Positions 12,688-28,204 of a stretch of 56,796 nt of DNA are shown here, piece after piece. Under the pieces are notes generated by a model. It was given only the letters and a program-made list of their open reading frames with translations, was not told the origin of the DNA and made no database searches. The position numbers and the translations under genes were made by a program. Position 1 is the stretch's first letter; the number at the start of each line of letters is the position of its first letter. Origin of the DNA: Eledone cirrhosa. Its lineage: Eukaryota. Where the stretch lies: contig CAXHJY010001270.1 in the NCBI GenBank assembly GCA_964016885.1, forward strand, positions 1 through 56,796, read 5' to 3'.

Positions 12688-12711
12688 TACTCCAAATATT
12701 TGTCGAGTGCT
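12688..12711 (+). other. Conserved PLE tail hairpin (family A)
   Basis: TACTC-CAA ATAT TTG-TC-GAGTG-CT. Confidence 0.7.
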
Positions 12712-12770
12712 TTTATATCAGTTATAAATATTTACTAGTTGTAACCCAACAATTTAAATATAACTTTCCA

Positions 12771-16771
<4,001 letters not shown>

Positions 16772-17524
16772 TAGTGAGACCTGGGCATTGTGTGCAGAGG
16801 ATATACGCAGACTGGAGAGAAACGAAGCTTGCATGCTCCGCTGGATGTGTAATAGTAATATACGTGAACGGCAAAGCATAAACGAACTAAGGGAGAAATT
16901 AGGAATAAGAGGGATCAGATGTTGTTTACTCGAGAGAAGACTACGTTGGTACGGTCACGTGATGCGCATAAAAGACGACAGCTGTATAAAAAAGTGAGGG
17001 CGATAAAAATAGACGGTAGCCACGGAGTAGGCAGACCCAGAAAAACCTGGGACGACTTGATAAATTCCGACATCATACATTTACACCTCTCCAAGGCAAT
17101 GTCACTGGACAGTCATACCGAAGACCCGCCTTGCCTAAGTACAAAGCGAAACCTACAGTCAGTAGGCACCTCTAACAAAATACACCCCGTCCCACTACCC
17201 CCACCCCATCCACACCACCCCCTTAAATGTGAAGTTATGTTGGTACCACAATATCCAGTCCGAAACAAATGAGGTCGTGTAGGTGTCACGACAAAAAAAC
17301 ACACAGTCCGCGCTGTAATGTGGCCGTGTAGGTAACACGGTAAAAACCTCCCAGTCCACACTGTAAACGTGGTTGGTGTTAGGAAGGGCATCCAGCCGTA
17401 GAAAACCCGCCAGACAGTCCTATACAAGCAGGACAACAAATCTTGCCTCAAGTGGGAAACCTCTCATCCAAACCCATGGAAGCGTGGAAGATGGACATTA
17501 AACGATGATGATGATGATGATGAT
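16772..17524 (+). mobile_element. 5'-truncated RTE LINE, subfamily 2
   Basis: [19 protein letters not shown]...[11 protein letters not shown], 3'UTR and (GAT)n tail; matches 38328-39105. Confidence 0.95.
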
Positions 17525-17572
17525 ATATACATATACACATATATATATACATATACACATATATATATATAT

Positions 17573-17876
17573 CCATGGGTACAAGCTGAAGCATATAGAT
17601 AATATGCCCCCACCGCAAGGTGGTCGTTCAAGGTGCCACGGCAAAAAAGCACCCAGCCCACACTGTAAAGTGGACGTGTAGGCGCCACGAAAAAGCACCC
17701 AACACTCACTGTAAATGAGGTTGGTGTTAGGAAGGGCATCCAGCTGTAGAAATCAAGCCAAATCAGTTCCTGTATGAGCAAGGCATGGTCAGCCGACCAG
17801 ACACTGCCCACAACAGGACAACCCGTCTAACCCATGCTAGCATGGAAGAACGGACGTAAAACGGTGATGATGATGA
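17573..17876 (+). mobile_element. RTE subfamily 1 3'UTR fragment
   Basis: Matches 20779-21088; (GAT)n tail. Confidence 0.9.
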
Positions 17877-17931
17877 TATATATATATATATATATATACA
17901 TATATATATACATATATATATATACATATAT

Positions 17932-20900
17932 TTTTCTGGGTGGGAAATGATGGTGGGATGGGTGGTGTAGGTATACTACTAGCTGACAAGTGGGTAGATA
18001 AAGTAATCTCAGTGTACAGAGTAAATGTAAGAATCATTAAGCTCAGACTAGTCCTGAATAAAACAATTACCACAATAACATCAACTTACGCACCCCAATC
18101 GGGGCTGCCAGACGAACTTAAGGATAGGTTTTACGAGTCCCTATTGCACACTACTGCTCTAACCGACGACAATGACTTCCTAATCATCGCCGGAGATTTT
18201 AACGGACACGTAGGTAAACACTGCGACGGCTTCAATAGAGTACATGGAGGCCATGGGGTTGGCACAAGAAATGAGGAAGGATTCAGACTTCTAGAATTCT
18301 GCGACGCCAATGACATGTCGATATGTAACACAAACTTTAAAAAACCCGACAACCACCTGATCACCTATAGATCAGGGGAGCACTCTAGTCAGATAGATTT
18401 TATCCTCATCAGAGGACGTGACAGATGGATGGTCGTAAACACAAAAGCATTCCCTAGTGAGGAATGTACATCCCAACATAGCTTAGTTGTCAGCGACCTC
18501 ACAGTCAGAACTAGACGAACCTGGAAACAGAGGCCAACCTGGAGAAGAAAGATCTGGAAGCTGAAAGACCCCTCAACCAGTAACAGATTTAAAGATATTT
18601 TACTCAACGCCTACGACAGTAAAGAAGAACAGATAGAGACATTCAATGTAGAAAAGAACTGGGAGTTCCTAAAAAATAACTTACTAGAGGTGACGGATGA
18701 GGTCTGTGGCTGGAGTAAGACCTCAAGCAGGAGGAGAGTGACCTGGTGGTGGAACAATAAGGTAGATGAGGCAGTTAAGGCCAAGAGACAGGCATGGAAA
18801 GAATGGAAGAATGGGGGGAGCAGGGTACATTACATAGAGACCAAGAGGGAAGCTAGGCGACAAGTATACATAGCTAGGAGGGAAGCAGAGGATAGAAAAT
18901 GCAAGCATGTTTTGCAACGTGAGGACCAGAAACAGGAGGTGTTTAAGATTGCGAGGCAGTGTGTCAGAGAGAATTGTGATGTCATTGGAGAGAAGTGTAT
19001 CCGGAATGATAAAGGTGAGCTTGCCCTCACAAGTGCTGATAAGAAAGATGCATGGAAGAGTCATTATGATAGATTACTAAATGAGGAGAATGCATGGGAA
19101 GAAGAGACCCTACCCCAAGTAGACCCTATAGAGGGACCAGCAGTACAAGTCAGCAGCAACGTAGTAAGTAAGGCAATCAAAGATATGAAGATGGGGAAGG
19201 CAACCGGTCCATCAGGTATAGCTGCCGAGATGCTGAAGGCATCTGGGTCTGTAGGTCACACTATAACCACACGTATTGTTAACCAGGTAATACTAGAAGG
19301 TGTCATACCAAAAGATTGTGTAGTAGCATCATTGTCAACTGCTACAAAGATAAAGGTGATGCACTAGATAGAGGAAACTATAGAGGTATAAAGCTGATGG
19401 ACCAGGTCATGAAATTAACAGAAAGAGTTATAGCACAGTTGATTAGGGACTGGGTGAAACTAGACGAGATGCAATTTGGGTTTGTACCAGGAAGAGGCAC
19501 CACTAATGCCCTCTTCCTTGTCAGGCAGTTACAGGAAAATTACCTAGCTAAAAGTAAGCATTTGTCGACCTTGAGAAAGCCTTTGACAGAGTTCCACGTG
19601 CTGTAATCTGGTGGGTGGGCTCTTAGAAAACTAGGAGTAGATGAATGGCTTGTGAAAGCAGTACAAGCCATGTATAGGGGAGCAGTCAGCAAAGCTAGGA
19701 TTAGCAATGAGTATAGCCAGGAATTTAGCGTACAGGTTGGGGTCCACCAGGGCTCTGTTCTTAGCCCCCTCCTGTTCATCATAGTCCTGCAGGCAATAAC
19801 GGAGGAGTTTAAGACCATGGGAACTCCTGTATGCTGATGACCTCGCACTTATAGCTGAATCTATGGTAGAACTAGAGAAGAAATTCCAAACTTGGAAGCA
19901 GGGACTAGAAAGAAAGGGTCTCAAAGTCAACATGACAAAGACTAAGGTCCTTGTAAGTAGACGAGAAAACAGAACCCAGATCCCCTCAGGGAAATGGCCT
20001 TGCTCAGTATGTAGGAAAGGTGTAGGTAGGAACTCCATTCTCTGCCCCAAATGCAAACAATGGGTACACAAGAGATGTAGCGGGATCTCAGGAAGCTTAA
20101 TTAAGAATGTAGGCTTCACATGCAGCAGCTGTGCTGGGACAGCAAGCAGCAAACAGCCACAGGAAACAAGTACCACCAATCTCTGGGAGGGCTCTGTAGA
20201 AACAGTAGACAGCTTCTGCTACCTAGGTGACCGAATTAGCAGCGGAGGTGGATGTTCAGAAAGTACAATAACTAGGGTAAGAACGGGATGGAAGAAGTTT
20301 AGGGAACTACTACCACTGCTAGCTGCAAAAGGCTTCTCCCTCAAAATGAAAGGCAGACTGTATGATGCGTGTATCTGAACAGCGATGTTGCATGGTAGTG
20401 AGACCTGGGCGCTGAAGGTGGAAGACTTACGTAGATTAGAGAGAAACGAAGCCTGCATGCTCCGATGGATGTGTAATAGTAATATGTGCGAACGACAAAG
20501 CATAAATGAATTGAGAGAGAGACTGAGCATAAGAGGAATCAAATGCTGTGTGCAGGAGAGGCGGTTGCGTTGGTATGGACATGTGATGCGTATGAAGGAT
20601 GACAGCTGCATAAAAAGGTTCAGAGCACTAGAAGTCGATGGAAACCGCGGAGTGGGGTGATCCAAGATGACCTGGGATGAGGTGATAAAAGCCAACCTTA
20701 CCCAATTACACCTCTCAAAGGCGATGACACATGACCGTGACCTCAGGCGTCACGCAGTAATACAAAGTACCCGACCTCCCATGGGTACAAGCTGAAGCAT
20801 ATAGACAATATGCCCCCACACCCCCCACTGCAAGGTGGTCGTGGAGGTGCCATGGCAAAAAAGCACCCAGCCCACACTGTAAAGTGGACGTGTAGGCGCC

Positions 20901-21088
20901 ACGAAAAAGCACCCACCACTCACTGTAAATGAGGTTGGTGTTATGAAGGGCATCCAGCTGTAGAAATCAAGCCAAATCAGTTCCTGTATGAGCAAGGCAT
21001 GGTCAGCCGACCAGACACTGCCCAAAACAGGACAACCCGTCTAGCCCATGCTAGCATGGAAGAACGGACGTAAAACGGTGATGATGAT
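17932..21088 (+). pseudogene. RTE LINE subfamily 1; APE, RT and Cys/His finger with several frameshifts and stops
   Basis: GDFNGHVG, IDFIL, NYRGIKL, QFGFVPG, GVHQGSVLSP, YADD (19850-19861 region), CSVC..CPKC..H..C; breaks near 19317, 19560-19620, 19817, 20376. Confidence 0.97.
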
Positions 21089-21271
21089 ACAAATATACAC
21101 ACATATATACATATATACACACATATATACATACACACATATACACACACACACACATTCACACACACAAACACACATATATATATATACATAGAATAAA
21201 AAAAATGCGAAGTAGTTTCAGTTGTTAAAGTCCTTTATTGATAAGGCTGTAATATATATTTCAATATATAT

Positions 21272-21490
21272 TTCAGCTGTAGAAATGAGATGATAGGGAC
21301 TGAGGTCCCTATCATTCCACTGTAAAGTGGTCGGGGAGGTGCCACGGCAAAAAAGCACCCAGCACTCACTGTAAATGAGGTTGGTGTTAGGAAGGGCATC
21401 CAGCTGTAGAAATCAAGCCAGAATCAGTTCCCGTCCCACCCTTGCAAGCAGGGAAAAGCAGACGTAAAATGAAATGATGATGATGATGAA
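21272..21490 (+). mobile_element. 3' half of the tRNA/RTE-tail SINE
   Basis: Reverse complement of 35345-35547. Confidence 0.85.
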
Positions 21491-21977
21491 TGACGATATA
21501 TATATATACACACACACACATATATATATATCATATACAGCTATAAAAGAAATTTTTTCCCCACACATGCCTCATTAAATAGCATAACTCATAATTAGAT
21601 TAGAGATCCTATCTTATCTGCACTCTGTTGAAATACCCCAAGGAAATGAAGTCATAAAATATGTGTGGCATCATCAACATTTTTCAAAAACATTACTACC
21701 AGTCATAAACTATTGTCCTAATTGTTGTGATTTTGCATACTTTCATATACAGGTATTTTCTCTACATCAATAATTAGGGTCATTTCATGATTGACTGAGT
21801 TTCAAGCATGCAGTATTATACTCACATATACAAACACAAGAATATACATACACACACACATATATATATATATACACACACATATATATATATACACATA
21901 CACACAAACAAACAAACGAATTTTGTGGGCATATATTTGGTTGTGTGTGTGTGTATCATCATCATGATACACACACA

Positions 21978-22357
21978 CCCGTTAATGTCCAAACCGGCCA
22001 AAACCGGCCAGAGTTCTCTTCTTTTTTCTGTTGAAACTGGCTGTAACTGGTCACTCAAACTGATGTTAAGGTATTTTCTCAAAATAAATACTTTCAAAAT
22101 CTCACAGATTCGATATTATGTGAGATAATTATGTGAGATAAAGCATTTACCATGAAAATATAATTGTTTCTACTTTAGGCACAAGGCCAGCAATTATCCA
22201 GTACATTACTGGTACTTTATTTTATCGACCCCGTAAGGATGAAAGGCAAAGTCAACCTTGGCGAGATTTGAACTCAGATCGTAAAGGGATGTAACTATGC
22301 ATTTACCATGAAAATATAATAGTATATATAGAGTAATGTGAATACTAAAGGCTTAAG
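21978..22357. mobile_element. piggyBac-like MITE copy carrying a SINE insertion
   Basis: Homologous to 2231-2467; ends TAAAGGCTTAA. Confidence 0.7.
22165..22298 (-). mobile_element. SINE with 22-bp target-site duplication
   Basis: GCATTTACCATGAAAATATAAT at 22143-22164 and 22299-22320. Confidence 0.9.
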
Positions 22358-22439
22358 GTATATTTTTCCATGTTAGTAAGGGTTTGATGAATTGTCCAGA
22401 TGTGAATCAAGCCAGAGAGCTGACCATCTCCAGCTCACA

Positions 22440-23040
22440 GTGGACCAATTTTGGCTTGGTTTCTACAGCTGGATGCCCTTCCTAATGTCAACCACATTTA
22501 CAGTGTGTGCTGGCTGCTTTTTGTTGTGACACCTAAATGACCACTTTACAGTGTGGACTGGGCACTTTTCTCGTGACTCCAGGGTGATCACTTTATGGTG
22601 TGGGTTGGGATTTGGGTGGGGTGGGATTTTTGAAGATCCCAGGGAATTAGAGTGGTATGTATAGGGGTGGGATGATTACAGCAAGGGAGGTGTATGGGAG
22701 AGGTGATGGGAGGGAAGGTGGTGCATACTAGATATATGCCTGAACTCGTGCATATAGGAGGGCAGGTCTTCTGTATTAGTACATAGCGCTAGAGATCACA
22801 GTCAAGTGTCATCGCCTTAATGAGGTGTAATTGTGTGGAAAGTCAGCTTTTATTACCTCCTTCCAAGTCTTCCATAAACAATGAGCACTTTGCACCTTTT
22901 CATACTGCTCTCATTCTTCATACGCATTACACGTCCATACCAACGCAATTTCCTCTCCCACACACTGCATGTGATCTCTCTTATTCCTAATTTCTCTTGC
23001 CATTTACATATATTACTATCACACATCTATTGAAGCATAT
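22440..23040 (-). mobile_element. Old degraded RTE 3' end
   Basis: RTE 3'UTR module and remnants of the RWYGRVMR region. Confidence 0.65.
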
Positions 23041-23261
23041 ATATATATATACACACACACATATAAGATATATATATACACACACGTGCATGCATATGAG
23101 AGAGAAAGAGTTGTATTTTTCACATTTGTGACCTGTTTACTGGCTGTAATTGAAGTCAAGGCATTTTTAGTTTAAATGTTTATTTATTTATTTATATATA
23201 TATCCGTCTGACCCATGCTAGCATGGAAGACAGACGTTAAACCATGATGATGGTGACGATG

Positions 23262-23296
<35 letters not shown>

Positions 23297-23872
23297 TATA
23301 TATATTATTGTTTAATGGAAATAGCAGATTGCATTACAACATACCTTATAGCATATTCCTACATTCTTTTACAATCATGATCCAAACTATCATCTAACAT
23401 GAGTGGATAAATACTTTTTTGTAAACAATTTTACAAGGGATGTGTAGAATAAAAAGTGTGTTGGACAAAATGCTTTGTAGCATTCAATTACAGCCCTTTA
23501 CATTCTGACTTCAAATCCTGCCAATGTCAACTTTTCCTTTCATTCTTCCAGAGTTGATAATATCAAGTAACAGTCACGTTTTGAGGTTTATCTAATTGAC
23601 TTTCCCCTGCCCCAAAATTGCTATTTGTACAGGCAAGAGATTGCCTGAATAGAAAGTTAGAAAATATGCATTGAAACATTTAGTCAGTCCTTAACATTCT
23701 CAGTTCAAAGCCTGCAAGGGTCACCTTTGCCTTTCATTCTTCTAGGGCTGATAAAATAAAGTACAATTCAAGTACCAGGGTGAATATAACCAACTTTCCC
23801 TTCCCCAATATATATATTTCATATATAATTCCACCCCGCCCATCCCTTCAATCTTTCTAATTTGTCATTCTT

Positions 23873-23908
23873 TCTTCTGATGAAAGACTAGAGTCTGAAA
23901 CATTAAGA
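23873..23908 (+). ncRNA. Minimal hammerhead-like motif, family G (degenerate)
   Basis: TCTT-CTGATGA-A AGAC TAGA GTCT-GAAA-CA-TT-AAGA, within a ~170-bp island between AT runs. Confidence 0.55.
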
Positions 23909-24012
23909 CCCTCTTCCTGCTATTTCAAGCTTTAACCTAATATATACCTTCCATATATTGTACTAATTGTGTTGTTATTTCTGTTTACCTTTTACATATA
24001 TATATATATATA

Positions 24013-24440
24013 CATAAAACAGGTAGTAGAAAGGAAAAAGATTTTTTCAGTAGAAAATGTTGAAGAGATTCTTTCAGTGAGATATCAAAACATTAATTTA
24101 TTTACAATACTGGTTTCAGCATTTTATGCATTGTCAATTGCGGATATGCAGAATATTGTTAAGTTGCATATTTGTACAAATAGTGATAATAATAATAATA
24201 AAAAGGGAAAGAAAAATTAATTTCCACATACATATTCATTCAGAGAAGAGAGTTCATTTATCTATCCATCCTTCTCTGTTAATAGCTATTAATAGCTATT
24301 AACCGGTTCTGTAAATAAATTAATGTTTTGATATTTCACTGAATCTCTTCAACATTTTCTACTGAAAAAAATCTTTTTTTCTTTCTACTATTTGTTTTTA
24401 TATATATATATCAACTCGTGTGTTACTTTTCTACATTCGA
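24013..24440. mobile_element. Old inverted-repeat element (arms ~24013-24115 / 24301-24400), probable PLE pLTR remnant, family H
   Basis: ~100-bp imperfect inverted arms, AT flanks, hammerhead-like motif at 24104-24141(-), truncated tail hairpin at 24414-24440. Confidence 0.65.
24104..24141 (-). ncRNA. Minimal hammerhead-like motif with U3-A8 core
   Basis: GCAA-TTGACAA-T GCA TAAAA TGC T-GAAA-CCAG-TA-TTGT; the other arm has the palindromic CCGG. Confidence 0.55.
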
Positions 24441-24451
24441 TATATATATAT

Positions 24452-24515
24452 ACAAGGGCGGTGCCCCAGCATGGCCTCAGCCGGATGGCTGAAACAAGTA
24501 AAAGAGTAAAAGAGT
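24452..24515 (+). mobile_element. SINE 3' tail
   Basis: GGCGGTGCCCCAGCATGGCC..GGCTGAAACAAG followed by tandem (TAAAAGAG)2. Confidence 0.55.
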
Positions 24516-25336
24516 ATATATATGTGTGAAGTAATTCCGTCGGAAAGGTCCACGAAAAAAGAGTGCTCTATGTAGGTTCCAGAGCTTAATAGTTGTCATA
24601 AACAACATCAGATAATTATTTCATTTACCAGTGGTTTCTTGAAAGCAAACAAAATTTGCTTTCAGTCATCAGAATGAAAAAAATCCTGGTGTATTTATTG
24701 ACAGTGGATTTTAAAAACAAAATATAATCTATATGAAAGTGAGGCTGGAAAAGGAAGAAGGAAAGGAAAAAGAATAAATATAAAAGTAGATATACACACA
24801 TGCACACACACACACACAAATACATACACACATATATACATATATATATACATCTATATATATATATACATACACACATCTATACACACATACACACATA
24901 TATATATATACACACATATATATATACACATATCCATACATACACACACACAAATACACAAACACACACACATGTATATATATACACACACACATAATCA
25001 TACATATATACACACGTACAAACACACATACATACACACATATATACATACGCACACACATATATAGATATATGTACACACACCTACATACGCACACACA
25101 ATTAATTATAAGAAAAAATAAGAAAAAATAATAATAAAAAACAAAAATAAAAAACAATGGACAACTATATATTACAAAAGGCCGTCACATCAAAATAAAA
25201 ATAAAAATAAAAAATAAAAAATATACGACTTAAGAAAATAAAACTAAAAATTATTATAAAGTTGACAGCGATTCAAGAAAGGACACAAATAAATAAATAA
25301 ACACACGTGGTAAGCAATACACACATTTACACATAC

Positions 25337-25682
25337 ATCATCATCATCACACGTCGACTACTGTCGAGATGATGGATCTCACTCTCATGCCCCAGAATCC
25401 CCTGTCCCCCATCGCTGCCCCCAGGTCCTGTCTGCTGATTCCCGTATCCCTAGAGATAACGTCAGGGAATGACAGCTTCCTACTCCTAGTCAGGCTGGAG
25501 TCAGGGTTCCAGAGCAAGAGAGCGGATATGATTTCATTGCTGGCACGGTGACAGTGGCCAGCAAATTGAGCTCTCCGGGATTTTAGACATCACAACTTGA
25601 GAGGAGATTGGATGGCACATATACCCGCCTCTTAATGAGAGTGCAAAACCTATCCTGGAAACGACATCCCACCTTGTCTATG
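25337..25682 (-). mobile_element. Divergent RTE-type LINE 3' end with inverted 5' segment
   Basis: 25337-25583(-) encodes RRAQFAGHCHRA..MGDRGFW..* plus (TGA)n; 25584-25682(+) encodes LERRLDGTYTRLLMRVQNLSWKRHPT. Confidence 0.85.
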
Positions 25683-25692
25683 ACACATACAC

Positions 25693-25751
<59 letters not shown>

Positions 25752-26010
25752 CACATATATACACATATATACATATATATATATATATACACACACACAC
25801 ATACATATACACACATATATATACACATATATATATACACACACATACATATATATATATACACACACATACACATACATATATATATATACACACACAT
25901 ACACATACATATACACACATATATATACACACACATACACATACATATACACACATATATATACACACACACATACATATATATATATACACACACACAT
26001 ACATACGCAC

Positions 26011-26041
<31 letters not shown>

Positions 26042-26052
26042 TACACATATAT

Positions 26053-26091
<39 letters not shown>

Positions 26092-26225
26092 TACACACAT
26101 ATATATATATACACACACACATACACATATATATATATATACACATATATATATATACACACACACATATATATACACACATACATATATATATACACAT
26201 ACATATATATATATATATATCATAC
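25683..26225. repeat. (CA)n/(TA)n compound microsatellite (similar tract at 24790-25100)
   Basis: Direct reading. Confidence 0.95.
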
Positions 26226-26526
26226 ACCTACAGTAGTAGGTGTATAATATTCTTAAGGTCCCATTTCGGTCACTCGCGACACCTTCAAAGCTTTGTCACT
26301 AATTCAATTTTTGATAAAATTGGATGCGGTTTTTTTCACTTTATAGGACCACAGATAAGCTACTTTTTGACATAAAAATATTGAAATTTGGTTCAGTAGA
26401 AAAAAAGTTACATAAAAATAAGTGAGGACCAAAAGAGTGTAAGGAACTACATACATAAGTAACGCTTAGTTTGTTTCTAATTTCTAATACATTAAAATAG
26501 TGATAGATTGTGCAATAGCGAATTGT

Positions 26527-26599
26527 GGTCAGGTAGCTCAGTCGGTAGAGCAGCGGACCGGCAATCCAAAGGTGGTGGGTTCGATTCCCACCCTGATTA
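26527..26599 (+). tRNA. tRNA-like sequence, probably a pseudogene or SINE head; nominal anticodon GGC
   Basis: 73 nt; acceptor GGTCAGG/CCTGATT, D-arm GCTC/GAGC, T-arm GTGGG-TTCGATT-CCCAC; anticodon stem has 2 mismatches and C33. Confidence 0.65.
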
Positions 26600-26712
26600 C
26601 TTTTCCTATCTGCACTTCTTCCTATTCATTATTATTTATTTAACTTATTTGTTGATAAATATTTTTAATATTAATATAATATCCTTGCATTGCCTGGAAA
26701 AAAAGTGGATTA

Positions 26713-27915
26713 CAGGGAAAAATGCGGGCGCATGTAAAGAAATATTCTTAAATTAATAAACCTAGAAAAGTAAAGGACAAGTTATTACACCTGGAAAAGT
26801 AAAGGACAAGAAAACTTCTTAAAACTTCTTAAAATATTGCAGCTAAAGTCTAAATTTGAAAAAAAATATTTAGATTATAAAACTAAAAATAAATAATTAT
26901 AAGTTAATTGTTAAAAAAATATCACTTTAAAGGACTGGAAAAATGACTGTCTTATAGGGAGAGTTGACTACTGTATACTTAATTTTTTTCTTGGTGTATA
27001 CAAATTAATCTTTTTAAAATAAAATTTGTACAATAATTTGTACAATAATTAATTAATAATAATAATAATTAATATGTACAATTTATTAATTTATGTTATA
27101 AGATATTTAAAAATTTTCACTCTTAATCAAATTATATTTTTAAAAATTTAGTTATAAAATAATGCAGTAAAATAAATCAAAAACAATGCATCATATAATT
27201 GCATTTTTTATGAGTATTACAGATTTTTTTTATAATATAGTAAAATTCAACATCTCAAGGGGCAAAATTAGGTAAAAGTCAATTCATCAATTATTCATTT
27301 ATAGTGAATCAATCAATTTTAGTGAATTCATCAATTCATTAGATGAACTGTTGAATTAGACAATGTTTAATTTTTAATTGTAGTCTAATTTTACTCTACC
27401 TAAAAATGTAGATTGGTTATTTTGATCTCTGACAGGTCTTAAATTTCATTATTAAACAATTATAATTTGTTATTATTTATCATTACAGTTGGCTCCCTAA
27501 TTAATTATTAATTAATTGTTAGTGTCATTTACACGCCAAAATTTTGTTTTATTTGATGTTTATAATTGTCACTCATTTTTTCAGTCCCATTTAGTAAAGT
27601 AAAATAAAGTATATTTATTTAATGACCCAACCACTATGGTGTAAATTAGGATCACAAAATTAAATAAATGATCATAAATTAGTATTATTATCAATTAGAG
27701 AGTCAACTGTATTATTAGAATTTATCACTTTCTATGTATATTTAAATCAAATATTTTTTATTATTCAAATTTATACTATAGCTGCAATATTTTAAGAAGT
27801 TTTAAGAAGAAGTTTTCTTGTCCTTTACTTTTCCAGGTGTAATAACTTGTCCTTTACTTTTCTAAGTTTATTAATTTAAGAATATTTCTTTACATGCGCC
27901 CGCATTTTTTCCCTG
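26713..27915. mobile_element. Non-autonomous DNA transposon (Tc1/mariner-like) with ~135-bp TIRs and TA TSD
   Basis: TA|CAGGGAAAAATGCGGGCG... and ...CGCCCGCATTTTTTCCCTG|TA; internal direct repeats GAAAAGTAAAGGACAAG in each TIR. Confidence 0.88.
27486..27709. mobile_element. Nested 224-bp pogo/mariner-like MITE
   Basis: TA|CAGTTGGCTCCCTAATT ... AATTAGAGAGTCAACTG|TA. Confidence 0.75.
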
Positions 27916-27955
27916 TAATATATATATATATATATATAAGAAAATACATAATTAT

Positions 27956-27979
<24 letters not shown>

Positions 27980-27986
<7 letters not shown>

Positions 27987-28169
27987 AAAGGTGGAAGGGG
28001 TAAACAAATAGTTGGGAATACGACAAATAATAAATAAATAGATAAAGGTATCAATGTTTATAGCTGATTTAGAGCACTCAACAAGTTCCTGGAACAAATA
28101 ATCAATGAAAATAAACATTAAATCACTCTGTATGTAATTATGCATACAGATATATATATAATTATATAC

Positions 28170-28204
<35 letters not shown>

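Larger units (their letters stand above)
11194..12770 (+). mobile_element. Non-coding 3' part of PLE family A with 217-bp inverted pLTR copy (11194-11410 / 12467-12683)
   Basis: 11430-12683 aligns with 45843-47023, downstream of the PLE ORF; (AT)n flanks. Confidence 0.92.

Noticed and set aside
24641-24675. CTGATGA-CT-GAAA hammerhead-like string (-)
   Set aside because: No helix II, no helix I, and GAAA is sequestered in a perfect hairpin
26231-26973. Possible TA-flanked element with CAGTAGT ends enclosing the tRNA-like sequence
   Set aside because: Only 7 bp of TIR match, and it would interleave with the well-supported 26713-27915 element
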